A DNA stretch of 64,000 nucleotides from an uncultured bacterium (lineage in GTDB: Bacteria > JAJVIF01 > JAPKYR01). Position 1 is the first letter of the stretch. Each line of letters starts with the position of its first letter. This document shows, one piece after another, positions 31,467-40,638 of this stretch. The stretch spans positions 1-64,000 of the forward strand of contig CBDURU010000001.1 in assembly GCA_965369865.1 (NCBI GenBank), given 5' to 3'. The position numbers and the translations under genes were made by a program. The notes beneath the pieces are model-generated. The model did not search any database and had not been told where the DNA came from. It worked only from the letters and a program-made list of their open reading frames with translations.

Positions 31467-32276
31467 ATGAACAAGAAATACGATTTTTCGTTGATTCGCT
31501 TCACACCAGACCTCGACAGGGGAGAGGGATTTAACGTCGGAATAATCGTATTCGATAATTCCAATATAGAATTACGATGGAGCGATTCCTTCAAACCTCC
31601 TGGAGGAATCAAGAGTAATTGGAATAAAGATAATATGCTCAAATGGAAGGATTATTTTTGGAAAGAATTTATAGATGACGCACTGTTTCACCAGGTTAAC
31701 AGAACTACCGAAGAATATGTGTCTTTAATAAGTAATAAAATCACGAGTAATTACGGAATTGGTCCCACGAGACGTCACATAACCAGTGATGCTTCTATCT
31801 CTGTAGTCGCAGAATATCTGTTCAACAAACTGGTGGCAAAAGAGACAAAAAAAAGGGCTTCCAGGGCAACAGCCAAGGTTCGAAGATTCATAAAGGAGAA
31901 AAAACTTGACAGAGAAGATACATTCAAGTATCCAATTCAAAGGGGCCTAGAGCACCCTTTGCCTTCTGGGGGGATAGTAGATTTTCCTTTTTACCAGCAG
32001 AATGGGAAATTGACAACGATCTCTGCAATCAAAATTAAACCCGATGGCGAAAAGATATCGGAAGACACATGGGAGCAAATTGGTAAGATTCACTCGCATC
32101 GTAGGGATAGACAAGATCAAAACGATGTGCATTTAGTTATAGTGTCTGGGATCGAAGTTCCTGATACGAATTTTGCCGAACTAAAATCGGCTGATACAAT
32201 CCCTTACTTGATAGATAATTATGAACAACAAAGACACCTTGAGCAGCACCTTAAGGAAGTTTGCGAACCTTTATAA
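31467..32276 (+). CDS. DUF3037-domain protein (usual HipA-like kinase partner)
   Basis: YDFSLIRFTPDLDRGEGFNVGII N-terminus, GAAGGAG RBS. Confidence 0.78.
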   Translation: MNKKYDFSLIRFTPDLDRGEGFNVGIIVFDNSNIELRWSDSFKPPGGIKSNWNKDNMLKWKDYFWKEFIDDALFHQVNRTTEEYVSLISNKITSNYGIGPTRRHITSDASISVVAEYLFNKLVAKETKKRASRATAKVRRFIKEKKLDREDTFKYPIQRGLEHPLPSGGIVDFPFYQQNGKLTTISAIKIKPDGEKISEDTWEQIGKIHSHRRDRQDQNDVHLVIVSGIEVPDTNFAELKSADTIPYLIDNYEQQRHLEQHLKEVCEPL

Positions 32277-32373
32277 TAATGATTTTAATCATACGGAATC
32301 AACCCTTGTTTGTTATGCATTGGTGGGAGAATATCGACACCCTTCGTGTTAAACGGAGTGCAGGAGCAGTCTC

Positions 32374-32480
32374 GTAGCTCGGAATTTACCTTGCCGGGAT
32401 TTTGATATAATAAACAAGTAACCCACCGAATACAGGTTGCGTTTTATCAATGCATACCGGCAAGGAAAATGCCGGGCTAC
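32374..32480. repeat. Inverted pair of GTAG REP-like elements right of the module
   Basis: gtagctcggaatttaccttgccggg (32374) and ccggcaaggaaaatgccgggctac (to 32480). Confidence 0.75.
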
Positions 32481-32505
32481 AACTTAACTTATAGGAAACT
32501 TACCA

Positions 32506-33327
32506 ATGGACAAATACATCAAAATCGCAAATACCGGAGTACCATTCGACGACACTTTCATTCTCGACTGCCACGGGCATTTTGGACCGTGCCAGGGATT
32601 CCATATCCCCAATCGTTCGGCGGATGAGTTCGTCACTGTACTCGACCGGATCGGCATCAACGCGGTCGTGATCAGCACACTTGGGAATTTTGTGCCATTC
32701 GGGAACGATGTTGTCGCGGGGGCGATGTCGGCATATCCGGAGAGATTTATCGGATACGCACGGGTCAACGCGAATTATCCCGACGATGTCAAACCTGAAC
32801 TCGTCCGCTGTTTCGACGAACTTGGTTTCAAGGGCATTAAGATTCATCCATACTGCGACCAGGTCTTTCCGGATGATCCCCGATATAAACCTGTCTGGGA
32901 ATTTTCATCGGAGCGGAAAGTTCCGGTTCTCATCCACACCTGGAACAGCCTTAGGTATGTCGACGCGCTTCTCGATTACTGTCTTCCCTCACTTTTCGCG
33001 AAAATTGCCGAGGAATATCCCGACGCGATTATCCTGCTCGGGCATTCAGGAGGAGAATACGACGGTGTTCTCGATGCAATAAAAGTGGCCAAGGAATATC
33101 CGAATGTGTATCTTGATACCGCCTCATCCCGTCTCTATCCGGAAGTTATCGAGATGATGGTCGATGAGGTCGGGGCGGAAAGGGTGCTGTATGGCTCTGA
33201 TGTGCCGTTTCTCACGCCGGTTACGCAGGTCGGGAAAATCGTGTATGCAGATATTAAAGAATCTGAAAAGGAAATGATCCTGGGTTTGAATGCGGCGAAA
33301 CTTTTCGGTATAGAGGTAAAAAATTAA
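32506..33327 (+). CDS. Amidohydrolase_2 family protein (HxH intact)
   Basis: DCHGH, GIKIHP, LIHTW, LGHSGG, LYGSD. Confidence 0.9.
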   Translation: MDKYIKIANTGVPFDDTFILDCHGHFGPCQGFHIPNRSADEFVTVLDRIGINAVVISTLGNFVPFGNDVVAGAMSAYPERFIGYARVNANYPDDVKPELVRCFDELGFKGIKIHPYCDQVFPDDPRYKPVWEFSSERKVPVLIHTWNSLRYVDALLDYCLPSLFAKIAEEYPDAIILLGHSGGEYDGVLDAIKVAKEYPNVYLDTASSRLYPEVIEMMVDEVGAERVLYGSDVPFLTPVTQVGKIVYADIKESEKEMILGLNAAKLFGIEVKN

Positions 33328-33328
33328 A

Positions 33329-34573
33329 ATGACGGATAAACTGGCAATTGACGGGGGCACACCTGTCCGCGATAAGCCCCTCCCGCCGCCATATCCTGGC
33401 GCTCTCGTGATGGGAGAGGAGGAAAAAGCGGCGTTGATCGAGGTTATCGATCACAAATCGCCGTTCAGGTATTACGGTCCCGATATGCTTTTCAAGGTTT
33501 CGGAATTCGAGAGAGATCTGGAGAATTATTTCGGGATAAAACACGCGCTGGGAACGACCTCATGCACAGCCGCTTTAAAAATCGCACTTGTCGCGCTGGG
33601 AGTCGGTCCCGGCGATGAGGTGATAGTCTCCGCCTACACATTTATCGCCTGTGCAAGCGCGATCGTGGCGGCAAAGGCTGTGCCAGTCTTTGTGGAAGTG
33701 GATACCACTCTCAATATAAATCCGGTCGATCTCGAAGCGAAAATCACCACCAGAACGAAAGCGATAATGCTCGTCCACCTGCAGGGCGTCGCCTGCGATA
33801 TGGACACAATTCTTCCAATTGCGAAAAAACATAACATCGCGGTGCTCGAGGATTGCGCGCAGTCGTTCGGAACGCATTACAGGGAACAAAAGGTCGGCAC
33901 ATTTGGAAATGTCAGTGTCTTCAGTTTGCAAATGAATAAATTGATCACGGCTGGTGAGGGCGGCTTTGTAATTACCGACGACCGCGATTTGTATTATCGG
34001 GCCATCCGGTATCACGATCACGGCAACCTGCGTGAATACGAGGGCGGCGGGGCGTTTCTGGGTGAAAATTACAGGATGAGCGAATTCGCGGGCGCGCTGG
34101 GTGTTGTGCAACTTAAAAAACTTGGTGACATCATCGCGAGAATGAAGAAGGCGAAAGAGGAGATACTCAAGGGAATTATTGACATCGAAGGCCTTGAGTT
34201 CAGGCGAATCCCCGACGGCGCGGAGGATATCGGCACCAATGTGATTTTCTATCTCTCATCTACTGAAATTACAAAGAGATTTATCGAAGCTCTGAACGCT
34301 GAAAATATCGATTCAAGCGCAATGTACGGCGGAGCGATTTATGACACATGGCCGCAGGTACTTGATATGAGCACTGCCACTCCCGAAGGATGTCCGTTTA
34401 CGTGCCCGCATTACAAAGGCGAAGTAAAATATCATCACGGCATGTGCCCCGCAACGGAAGACCTCGCGGAACGATTGGTTTATATACCCCTTTCACCGAC
34501 TTTCAGCGAGCAGGAGATTTCCGATGTGATAACGGGCGTACGTAAAGTGGCGGGGCATGTTATTTCTTCGTAG
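33329..34573 (+). CDS. Second DegT/DnrJ/EryC1/StrS aminotransferase
   Basis: LAIDGGTPVR, LEDCAQS, FSLQMNKLITAGEGG, GENYRMSE. Confidence 0.93.
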   Translation: MTDKLAIDGGTPVRDKPLPPPYPGALVMGEEEKAALIEVIDHKSPFRYYGPDMLFKVSEFERDLENYFGIKHALGTTSCTAALKIALVALGVGPGDEVIVSAYTFIACASAIVAAKAVPVFVEVDTTLNINPVDLEAKITTRTKAIMLVHLQGVACDMDTILPIAKKHNIAVLEDCAQSFGTHYREQKVGTFGNVSVFSLQMNKLITAGEGGFVITDDRDLYYRAIRYHDHGNLREYEGGGAFLGENYRMSEFAGALGVVQLKKLGDIIARMKKAKEEILKGIIDIEGLEFRRIPDGAEDIGTNVIFYLSSTEITKRFIEALNAENIDSSAMYGGAIYDTWPQVLDMSTATPEGCPFTCPHYKGEVKYHHGMCPATEDLAERLVYIPLSPTFSEQEISDVITGVRKVAGHVISS

Positions 34574-34641
34574 ATAAAGCATGGTGGAGAGATGCCGGGT
34601 AAACCGCAATATTCAGGCTATAATTACACATTGGAGATTCA

Positions 34642-35808
34642 ATGGAACCAAATATTTCCACAGAATATCTTGGCGTAAAATTAAAAAGCCCGATAATCAT
34701 CGCGCCTGCCGGGATTACGGAGACCGCTGAGCGTATTACCCGGTGCGAGGAAAATGGAGCGGGCGCGGTTGTGATGAAAACCCTGGGAGAGCTAGACATA
34801 ATGCGCTTCTCGCCGACCCCTCGCTTTCGCCTTCTGAAAAAGGGAAAGGGGCTTAATCAATTCGTCCTTTATTCGATCGAGCAGGCCTCACAATTTACTC
34901 CTGAAGAATACGCGGCTGAAATTTCAAGGAGTCGACGGCTTGTCAATATTCCGATTATCGCAAGCATTACATGCGGTACGGAAAAGATGTGGGTGGAGAG
35001 GGCGAAGCTGGTTGAGGATGCCGGGGCCGCAGCTCTGGAGATTAACATGGCGTGTCCCCATGGAATATTCGCGTCTTACGGTTCCGGCATTGAAGGCTAT
35101 ATCGCGCACATAACCGAACTTGTCACATCGGCAATAGAAATTCCGGTTGTACCTAAATTGCCTTCACAATTAACCGAACCGATGATGGTAGCAAAACAAG
35201 TCCAGGAAGCGGGCGCGAAGGGCGTTGTTATCTTTAACCGCTTCACCGGCCTTGATATTGACATTGATAAGCAGGCACCGATATTGCACGGTGGATTCGC
35301 CGGACATGGGGGCTACCACTCGATCCATTACCCGCTCAGGTGGATTACGGAAATATCGCCGTCCCTGGAAATTGATATTTCCGCGAGCGGCGGTGTTTCA
35401 CGCGGCAGGGATGCCGTTAAATACCTGCTCGCCGGGGCGACAGTGGTTCAGGTTTGCACTGTGGTTATTTTGAATGGTTATGAGGTTATCAAAAAGATCA
35501 ATTCTGAGATTGCGGATTACATGAGTAAACACAACTTCACATCAATATCGCAATTCAGGGGACTTGTGTGCGACCGCATCCTTAAATTGGAGGAGTATGA
35601 CAGGCGTCTTAGTGTAAGGGCTGTAATTGATAAGGAGAAATGCACGGGTTGTGGTTCATGCTTCAAGGCCTGCTTCTATAAAACCATTATCCCGGACGGT
35701 AAAATTTATCAGACGACCTCCGAATGCGCAGGTTGCGGACTTTGCCATGAGTTATGCGAGTTCGAGGCAATTACTATGGTGCCTTTCAATAACAACCATT
35801 CATCATAG
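34642..35808 (+). CDS. Dihydropyrimidine dehydrogenase PreA / dihydroorotate dehydrogenase-like FMN protein with 2x[4Fe-4S]
   Basis: GAVVMKT, EINMACPH, SASGGV, AGATVVQVCT, CTGCGSC / CAGCGLC. Confidence 0.85.
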   Translation: MEPNISTEYLGVKLKSPIIIAPAGITETAERITRCEENGAGAVVMKTLGELDIMRFSPTPRFRLLKKGKGLNQFVLYSIEQASQFTPEEYAAEISRSRRLVNIPIIASITCGTEKMWVERAKLVEDAGAAALEINMACPHGIFASYGSGIEGYIAHITELVTSAIEIPVVPKLPSQLTEPMMVAKQVQEAGAKGVVIFNRFTGLDIDIDKQAPILHGGFAGHGGYHSIHYPLRWITEISPSLEIDISASGGVSRGRDAVKYLLAGATVVQVCTVVILNGYEVIKKINSEIADYMSKHNFTSISQFRGLVCDRILKLEEYDRRLSVRAVIDKEKCTGCGSCFKACFYKTIIPDGKIYQTTSECAGCGLCHELCEFEAITMVPFNNNHSS

Positions 35809-35961
35809 TCATTTCAGGAAGGGTCCTTTTGATAAGACCTATTTCCGTAGCCATTTTTATTTTATATCAGGTATTAACCATTTTTAGCCACTGCGGATTA
35901 ATTTACAGGTTTCCGGGAGATTATGATTAAAGTGAGAAATGAAATAACCGTAGAACAGCAC

Positions 35962-36101
35962 GGGGCTATTGAAAAAGTGGTTTGACTGAAAAAACACAAG
36001 CAATCAAAGCTTTCGATACCGTTTCCCATGCGGACGGGCCGTCCGCGGTACTGCAGGCCGGCGGCCTGCGCTACGGGATTTAGTATTTTATCAACAGCCC
36101 C
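35962..36101. mobile_element. 140-bp MITE, copy 1, with GCAC target duplication
   Basis: Ends GGGGCTATTGAAAAA / TTTATCAACAGCCCC; GCAC at 35958-61 and 36102-05. Confidence 0.85.
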
Positions 36102-36105
36102 GCAC

Positions 36106-36161
36106 GGAAGTGCGTTCATCGGAAGTGCGTTCATCGGAAGTGCGTTCATCGGAAGTGCGTT
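36106..36161. repeat. 15-bp tandem repeat GGAAGTGCGTTCATC x3.7
   Basis: Read directly from the sequence; corresponds to the right arm of the interrupted REP. Confidence 0.9.
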
Positions 36162-36397
36162 GAAAAGGTTGTTTTAGGGCGGGAGACGCACTGCCGTGCC
36201 GTTCTACGGTTTGTCGTTTTTTCGATGGTTAAAAATGATTAATATTTTTTATATATATTCACAGGCGCACAATTCTTATTCCTTCTCAGGATCGCTTTTC
36301 GTCCTGACGATCATCTTCCGAGATTCAGCGGCACCCGCCTGAAAATAATGTTATCCTTCCCAGGCAAAAAATCCAACATGGATACAGAAGGAGTTGT

Positions 36398-37891
36398 TTG
36401 TTGAACACTGAAACCAATAAAGGTGTATTCGTTATTTACACGGGCGGGACGGTCGGATCGAGACCGCGTGACCCGAACGATCCTGACAGCCCGAGGACCT
36501 TTATAGCATGGGATGAACTTGTAGAACTTACCCCGGCATTGAACGATCTTGATTTCCCGGTGTCAGGCTGGAGTTTCGCTGCGCCAACCGATTCATGCAA
36601 CATAGGGCCGCGCGAGTGGCGCCTGATGGCGGAGAAGATCGAGGAGAACTACGACAGCTACGAAGGATTTGTGATTCTTCATGGCACCGACACGATGGTG
36701 TATACAGCGTCGGTTCTTTCTTTCATGCTGGTTAACCTCGGGAAACCGGTTATCCTGACAGGAGCACAGAGGAGCCATTTATATCAAGCCAGGAACGACG
36801 CCGAGCAGAACCTTATCACAGCTCTGAGAATTGCCAATCCGAAAGACTCCGGAATTCCAGTAGTACCGGAGGTTTGTATTTTCTTTCGTGACGATCTTTA
36901 CAGAGGAAATCGCTGTATTAAAGAGGACGCAAGCGGTTACAACGCGTACTCCAGCCCCAACTACCCTCACCTTGGCTGGGCGGGAGATAAAATCCATATC
37001 GACACGAGGCACATCCGGCCAATACCTACGCAGTCGTTCAGGATTCGGCGCAATATGAACTCGAATGTAATATCGTTCAATGTTTTTCCGGGCATCCAGG
37101 ACACCGATGTGGTGCAGCGCCTCTTAAACGCTCCTAACCTTCGGGGCATAATCCTGTGCACGTTCGGATCCGGGAATATACCAACGAGTCCGGATTTTCT
37201 GGAACCATTCAGGAAAGCGGTGGAGAGAGGTGTGATCATCCAGAGTGTAACGCAGTGCACTCGAGGCATGGTTGAACTTGGACTTTATGAGAGCAGCGCC
37301 AGGCTTCTGGAAATAGGAATTATATCAGGCCTGGATATCACCGATGAGGCCGCGTTGTGCAAGATGATGGTACTGCTTGGAGACGAGGATCTGACTGAGA
37401 ATGAGGTTGCAGACCTGATGCAGCAGGACCTTGAAGGTGAGATGTCGCTGTCGGTTTTCACAACTCGATTCAGGAAACAAGACAATAACAAATTAAATGC
37501 CTCACAAAAAAGTCTGCGACTGGTATCTGTCGATTTCCTTCCGGGAGACTGGCAGGGCTGGAAAATCAGTTCGGCTGTATTTAGATTCAGAAAAGCCAGG
37601 ATTGAAAATAAACCGCTCGATGAACCGGTGTCGATCCGGGTTTTTCTAAACCTGGGATCTAACGACACACTTGACGATAAAAGCCCGAATTACGCCGGTG
37701 AGTTTCTACGAATGGTGAACGATGAACCATCCATTGTATCGTTCGATGTCACCAAGGTAGCCCGAAGGCTTTTCAAGCCGGGGATGAAGGTATCTTTTAC
37801 AATATCAATCGGAGAGGATTCTCAGGGATCATTTGAATGGGATAGTGCCGAGTTTTGTATCTATTCGGGAAGTACGGTGGACAGCCGGTAG
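36398..37891 (+). CDS. Type I L-asparaginase/glutaminase with a ~150-aa C-terminal extension
   Basis: IYTGGTVG, HGTDTM, PVILTGAQ, RGNR, SPNYP, TFGSGN, VTQC. Confidence 0.9.
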   Translation: MLNTETNKGVFVIYTGGTVGSRPRDPNDPDSPRTFIAWDELVELTPALNDLDFPVSGWSFAAPTDSCNIGPREWRLMAEKIEENYDSYEGFVILHGTDTMVYTASVLSFMLVNLGKPVILTGAQRSHLYQARNDAEQNLITALRIANPKDSGIPVVPEVCIFFRDDLYRGNRCIKEDASGYNAYSSPNYPHLGWAGDKIHIDTRHIRPIPTQSFRIRRNMNSNVISFNVFPGIQDTDVVQRLLNAPNLRGIILCTFGSGNIPTSPDFLEPFRKAVERGVIIQSVTQCTRGMVELGLYESSARLLEIGIISGLDITDEAALCKMMVLLGDEDLTENEVADLMQQDLEGEMSLSVFTTRFRKQDNNKLNASQKSLRLVSVDFLPGDWQGWKISSAVFRFRKARIENKPLDEPVSIRVFLNLGSNDTLDDKSPNYAGEFLRMVNDEPSIVSFDVTKVARRLFKPGMKVSFTISIGEDSQGSFEWDSAEFCIYSGSTVDSR

Positions 37892-37923
37892 GCTGGTTTA
37901 CGAAAAGTGCAGGACAAGCAGTG

Positions 37924-38883
37924 TCAGGCCAGGGCCTTAAACAGGATCCAGCAACCCAGGATTACGGTTATGATCGAAATGACCAGGACAAGGTTTTTTT
38001 GCGGTAGCTGCCGGACAGTGTAAGCGCTGAGCGGAATACTGCATATCGCCCCGAATGCAAGCGCAATTGCCAGCGAAAGGTCTGTAATTTTCCCGGCAAT
38101 AATAAACAGCGCAACCGCAATCAGGCACGTCAGGCCTTCAGCAAGCGATGTAATGCCGATTGCAGGTTTGCCTTCAACACCGCTCACCAGTTGCCCACCA
38201 ATTACCACGGGTCCATATCCACCGCCAGAAAGTGCCTTGTTAAAGCTTGCCACGACACCCAGAACGAATATCTTCCTCCAGGAAAACCTGAATTGCCTGC
38301 CCCTTGTAGCGACCAGGATAATTCCCACCGCGAGAATAATAGCGCCAATAAATATTTTCAGTGTATAAGGGCTGATATTCACCGCAATTTGCACTGCGAT
38401 CAGTGCGCCCACAATGCTGCATGAAGCCAGCACCATCGCGATTTTCAAGTGCTGGGAACCCGGTTTCAGAATGACATTTCCAGCCTCACTATGGCTGATT
38501 GCCGCGGGGATTCCCGCAAGAAACTGGGAAATTAAAATTGCAGGCACAATCTGGATTGGTTCTAAGCCAAATGGCAGGATTAAAAGGAGCGGTGTAAGGG
38601 TTGTGCCGTATCCCATTCCAAGGGTTGAATCTATATATTCGCAGACAAGTGCCAGTACAGCGATTAAGAAGAATTGCAGGCTCCATAATTCGACTATCAT
38701 AACCTCCGGCGAAAGGACCTTGAACTGGAAATAAAACAACACGACGAATGATATCGCAAAGGTGATTGCCCAGACAGTCAGAAGTTTCCTGACCACACCC
38801 CGTTTCAGGGATATCCAGAAGCGAAGGTATAAAGGTACTTTCGTGGAGGTTTGTGAAGTTACCGGATCATAAATGTCTGGCAT
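37924..38883 (-). CDS. TauE/SafE family sulfite exporter-like membrane protein
   Basis: EYIDSTLGMGYGT, SGGGYGP, AIGITSLAEG; about 9 TM segments. Confidence 0.85.
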   Translation of the reverse strand: MPDIYDPVTSQTSTKVPLYLRFWISLKRGVVRKLLTVWAITFAISFVVLFYFQFKVLSPEVMIVELWSLQFFLIAVLALVCEYIDSTLGMGYGTTLTPLLLILPFGLEPIQIVPAILISQFLAGIPAAISHSEAGNVILKPGSQHLKIAMVLASCSIVGALIAVQIAVNISPYTLKIFIGAIILAVGIILVATRGRQFRFSWRKIFVLGVVASFNKALSGGGYGPVVIGGQLVSGVEGKPAIGITSLAEGLTCLIAVALFIIAGKITDLSLAIALAFGAICSIPLSAYTVRQLPQKNLVLVISIITVILGCWILFKALA

Positions 38884-38950
38884 TAGGATTTCCATTATAC
38901 CGGAAGAACCAAACAATGGTCTATGGTAACGAAAACGAAAGTAAAATAAT

Positions 38951-38982
38951 CAGGCCGGGAAAGAGTCACCTAACCCGGCCTG
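38951..38982 (-). terminator. Intrinsic terminator after the glutamate-synthase-like gene
   Basis: CAGGCCGGG...CCCGGCCTG followed on the minus strand by ATTATTTTACTTT. Confidence 0.6.
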
Positions 38983-39034
38983 TGCTGTAAGAACAGCATG
39001 TCAGTATTATTTTTAATGTAATCCGGAACCAGTG

Positions 39035-40618
39035 TTAACAACCCAGGATTTTATCAACCTCGTCCTTATCGACATCCATTACGTATTTAATACCGCTTAT
39101 CCTGGCTGCCTCCGGAGTCAGTGCCGCCAGATCATCCCGCGACATGTACTCAAGGGCGAACTTGCGGCTACCGGCCATCATCTGGCGCAAACCCTGTGCA
39201 AGGCGTTCGTAGTACGTGTACAGCCCGATTGCACCAGTGGGAATCTTTTCAAATTCATCGTTACCCAATTCTTTCCTGAGATGAGAGGCGGTTACGAATA
39301 TCTTATCGATGGAATGTCCAAAGCGCTCAACATAAACGGGAACCTGGTTTTCTTTGATGGTTCTTCCGATCGTCTTGCCGACCATCGCAGCCGCAATGGG
39401 ACTTCTGGCCATCCCGATAAGCTTCACAAACGGAGCGCCCATGGCGAGACCCTTGAACATCTGGTCCTCGAATGTGAAACCACCGGCTACCGCTATCGCA
39501 GGTATATGTTCTCCAGCGTCATCCAGACGCTTTGCATATTTGTACAGGAGCGAATGTATCTCAACAGGCGGAATACCCCATTCATTCATCATCCGCCATG
39601 GACTCATGCCAGTGCCGCCACCGGCTCCATCGACAGTGAGAAGATCGAGTTTGTATTTGGATGCGAACTTGACAGCCCGTGCCAGGTCGGCGGGACGGTA
39701 GGCGCCGGTCTTGAGGAATATATATTTTGCGCCGGCCGCGCGAAGCTCCAGAACTCTCTGGGCGAATGACTCCTCGGTGACCATCCCGACGCGGGAGTGC
39801 CGTTCGAACTCGGTAAATGCGCCTTTCTCGAAAGCTTCGATCACATGCGGATCGGTCGGATCCGGAATGACAACGTAGCCGCGCTTATAAAGGAGTTGGG
39901 CTTTCTCGAGATTTTTAACCTTAACCTCACCGCCGATATCTTTCGCGCCCTGACCCCATTTGAGTTCGACGCACTGGACGCCAAGTTTCTCGATAGCGTA
40001 TTCCTGCACACCCAGCCGTGTATCCTCAATGTTGGCCTGAACGACAATGGCTCCATACCCGTCACGCTGGTGATCAGTGAAAAGTTTCACCCGGCGTTTC
40101 AGGTCGACGGTATCGACCACCTGCCCATTTTTTATGACGGATTCAGGATCCATACCCACGACATTCTCGCCGATAGTCAGGCCCGTTCCGGCAATCGCGG
40201 TTCCAATCGCAAGCCCTTCCCAGTTGTTCTTGGCGATATTTGTCGAGCCGATTCCGGGAATCATAATCGGCAGACGGAACTTGATTCCCTTGTCATGACC
40301 GAAAGCGACCTCGAGGTTCACAGCGGGGAAAATGGCCTTATCACTGTCGGCTTCAATTCCGTGAGCGCCGACAGCGGTACCCATGATATTGAAATGTGAA
40401 TAATCGACCGGATAGTCTTTTTCAGCGGCGGTGGTGATAACACCGAACGGCTGAGGATAAATGACCTCGTGGCCACGGTAAGCGGACTTGCCGATCTCGC
40501 ACATACCGATACAGCCGTCGACACAGGTGACGCACATGCCGGATATAGGCGATATCGAACCTTCAGTCCTGTTTTTTGATAAAGTTGCGGCAGAGGCATT
40601 AATTCTCGAAAATGACAT
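39035..40618 (-). CDS. Stand-alone FMN-binding glutamate synthase domain protein (GltB2-like)
   Basis: ELKWGQGAKDIGGE, TVDGAGGGTGMSP, AGG and MAR motifs; N-terminal CxxCxxxCxxxC; no amidotransferase domain. Confidence 0.88.
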   Translation of the reverse strand: MSFSRINASAATLSKNRTEGSISPISGMCVTCVDGCIGMCEIGKSAYRGHEVIYPQPFGVITTAAEKDYPVDYSHFNIMGTAVGAHGIEADSDKAIFPAVNLEVAFGHDKGIKFRLPIMIPGIGSTNIAKNNWEGLAIGTAIAGTGLTIGENVVGMDPESVIKNGQVVDTVDLKRRVKLFTDHQRDGYGAIVVQANIEDTRLGVQEYAIEKLGVQCVELKWGQGAKDIGGEVKVKNLEKAQLLYKRGYVVIPDPTDPHVIEAFEKGAFTEFERHSRVGMVTEESFAQRVLELRAAGAKYIFLKTGAYRPADLARAVKFASKYKLDLLTVDGAGGGTGMSPWRMMNEWGIPPVEIHSLLYKYAKRLDDAGEHIPAIAVAGGFTFEDQMFKGLAMGAPFVKLIGMARSPIAAAMVGKTIGRTIKENQVPVYVERFGHSIDKIFVTASHLRKELGNDEFEKIPTGAIGLYTYYERLAQGLRQMMAGSRKFALEYMSRDDLAALTPEAARISGIKYVMDVDKDEVDKILGC

Positions 40619-40638
40619 CGTTATCTCCTTGGTTCTCG

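Noticed and set aside
35898..36149. ORF MNALPMNALPMNALP...
   Set aside because: It is a translation of the 15-bp tandem repeat and the MITE.
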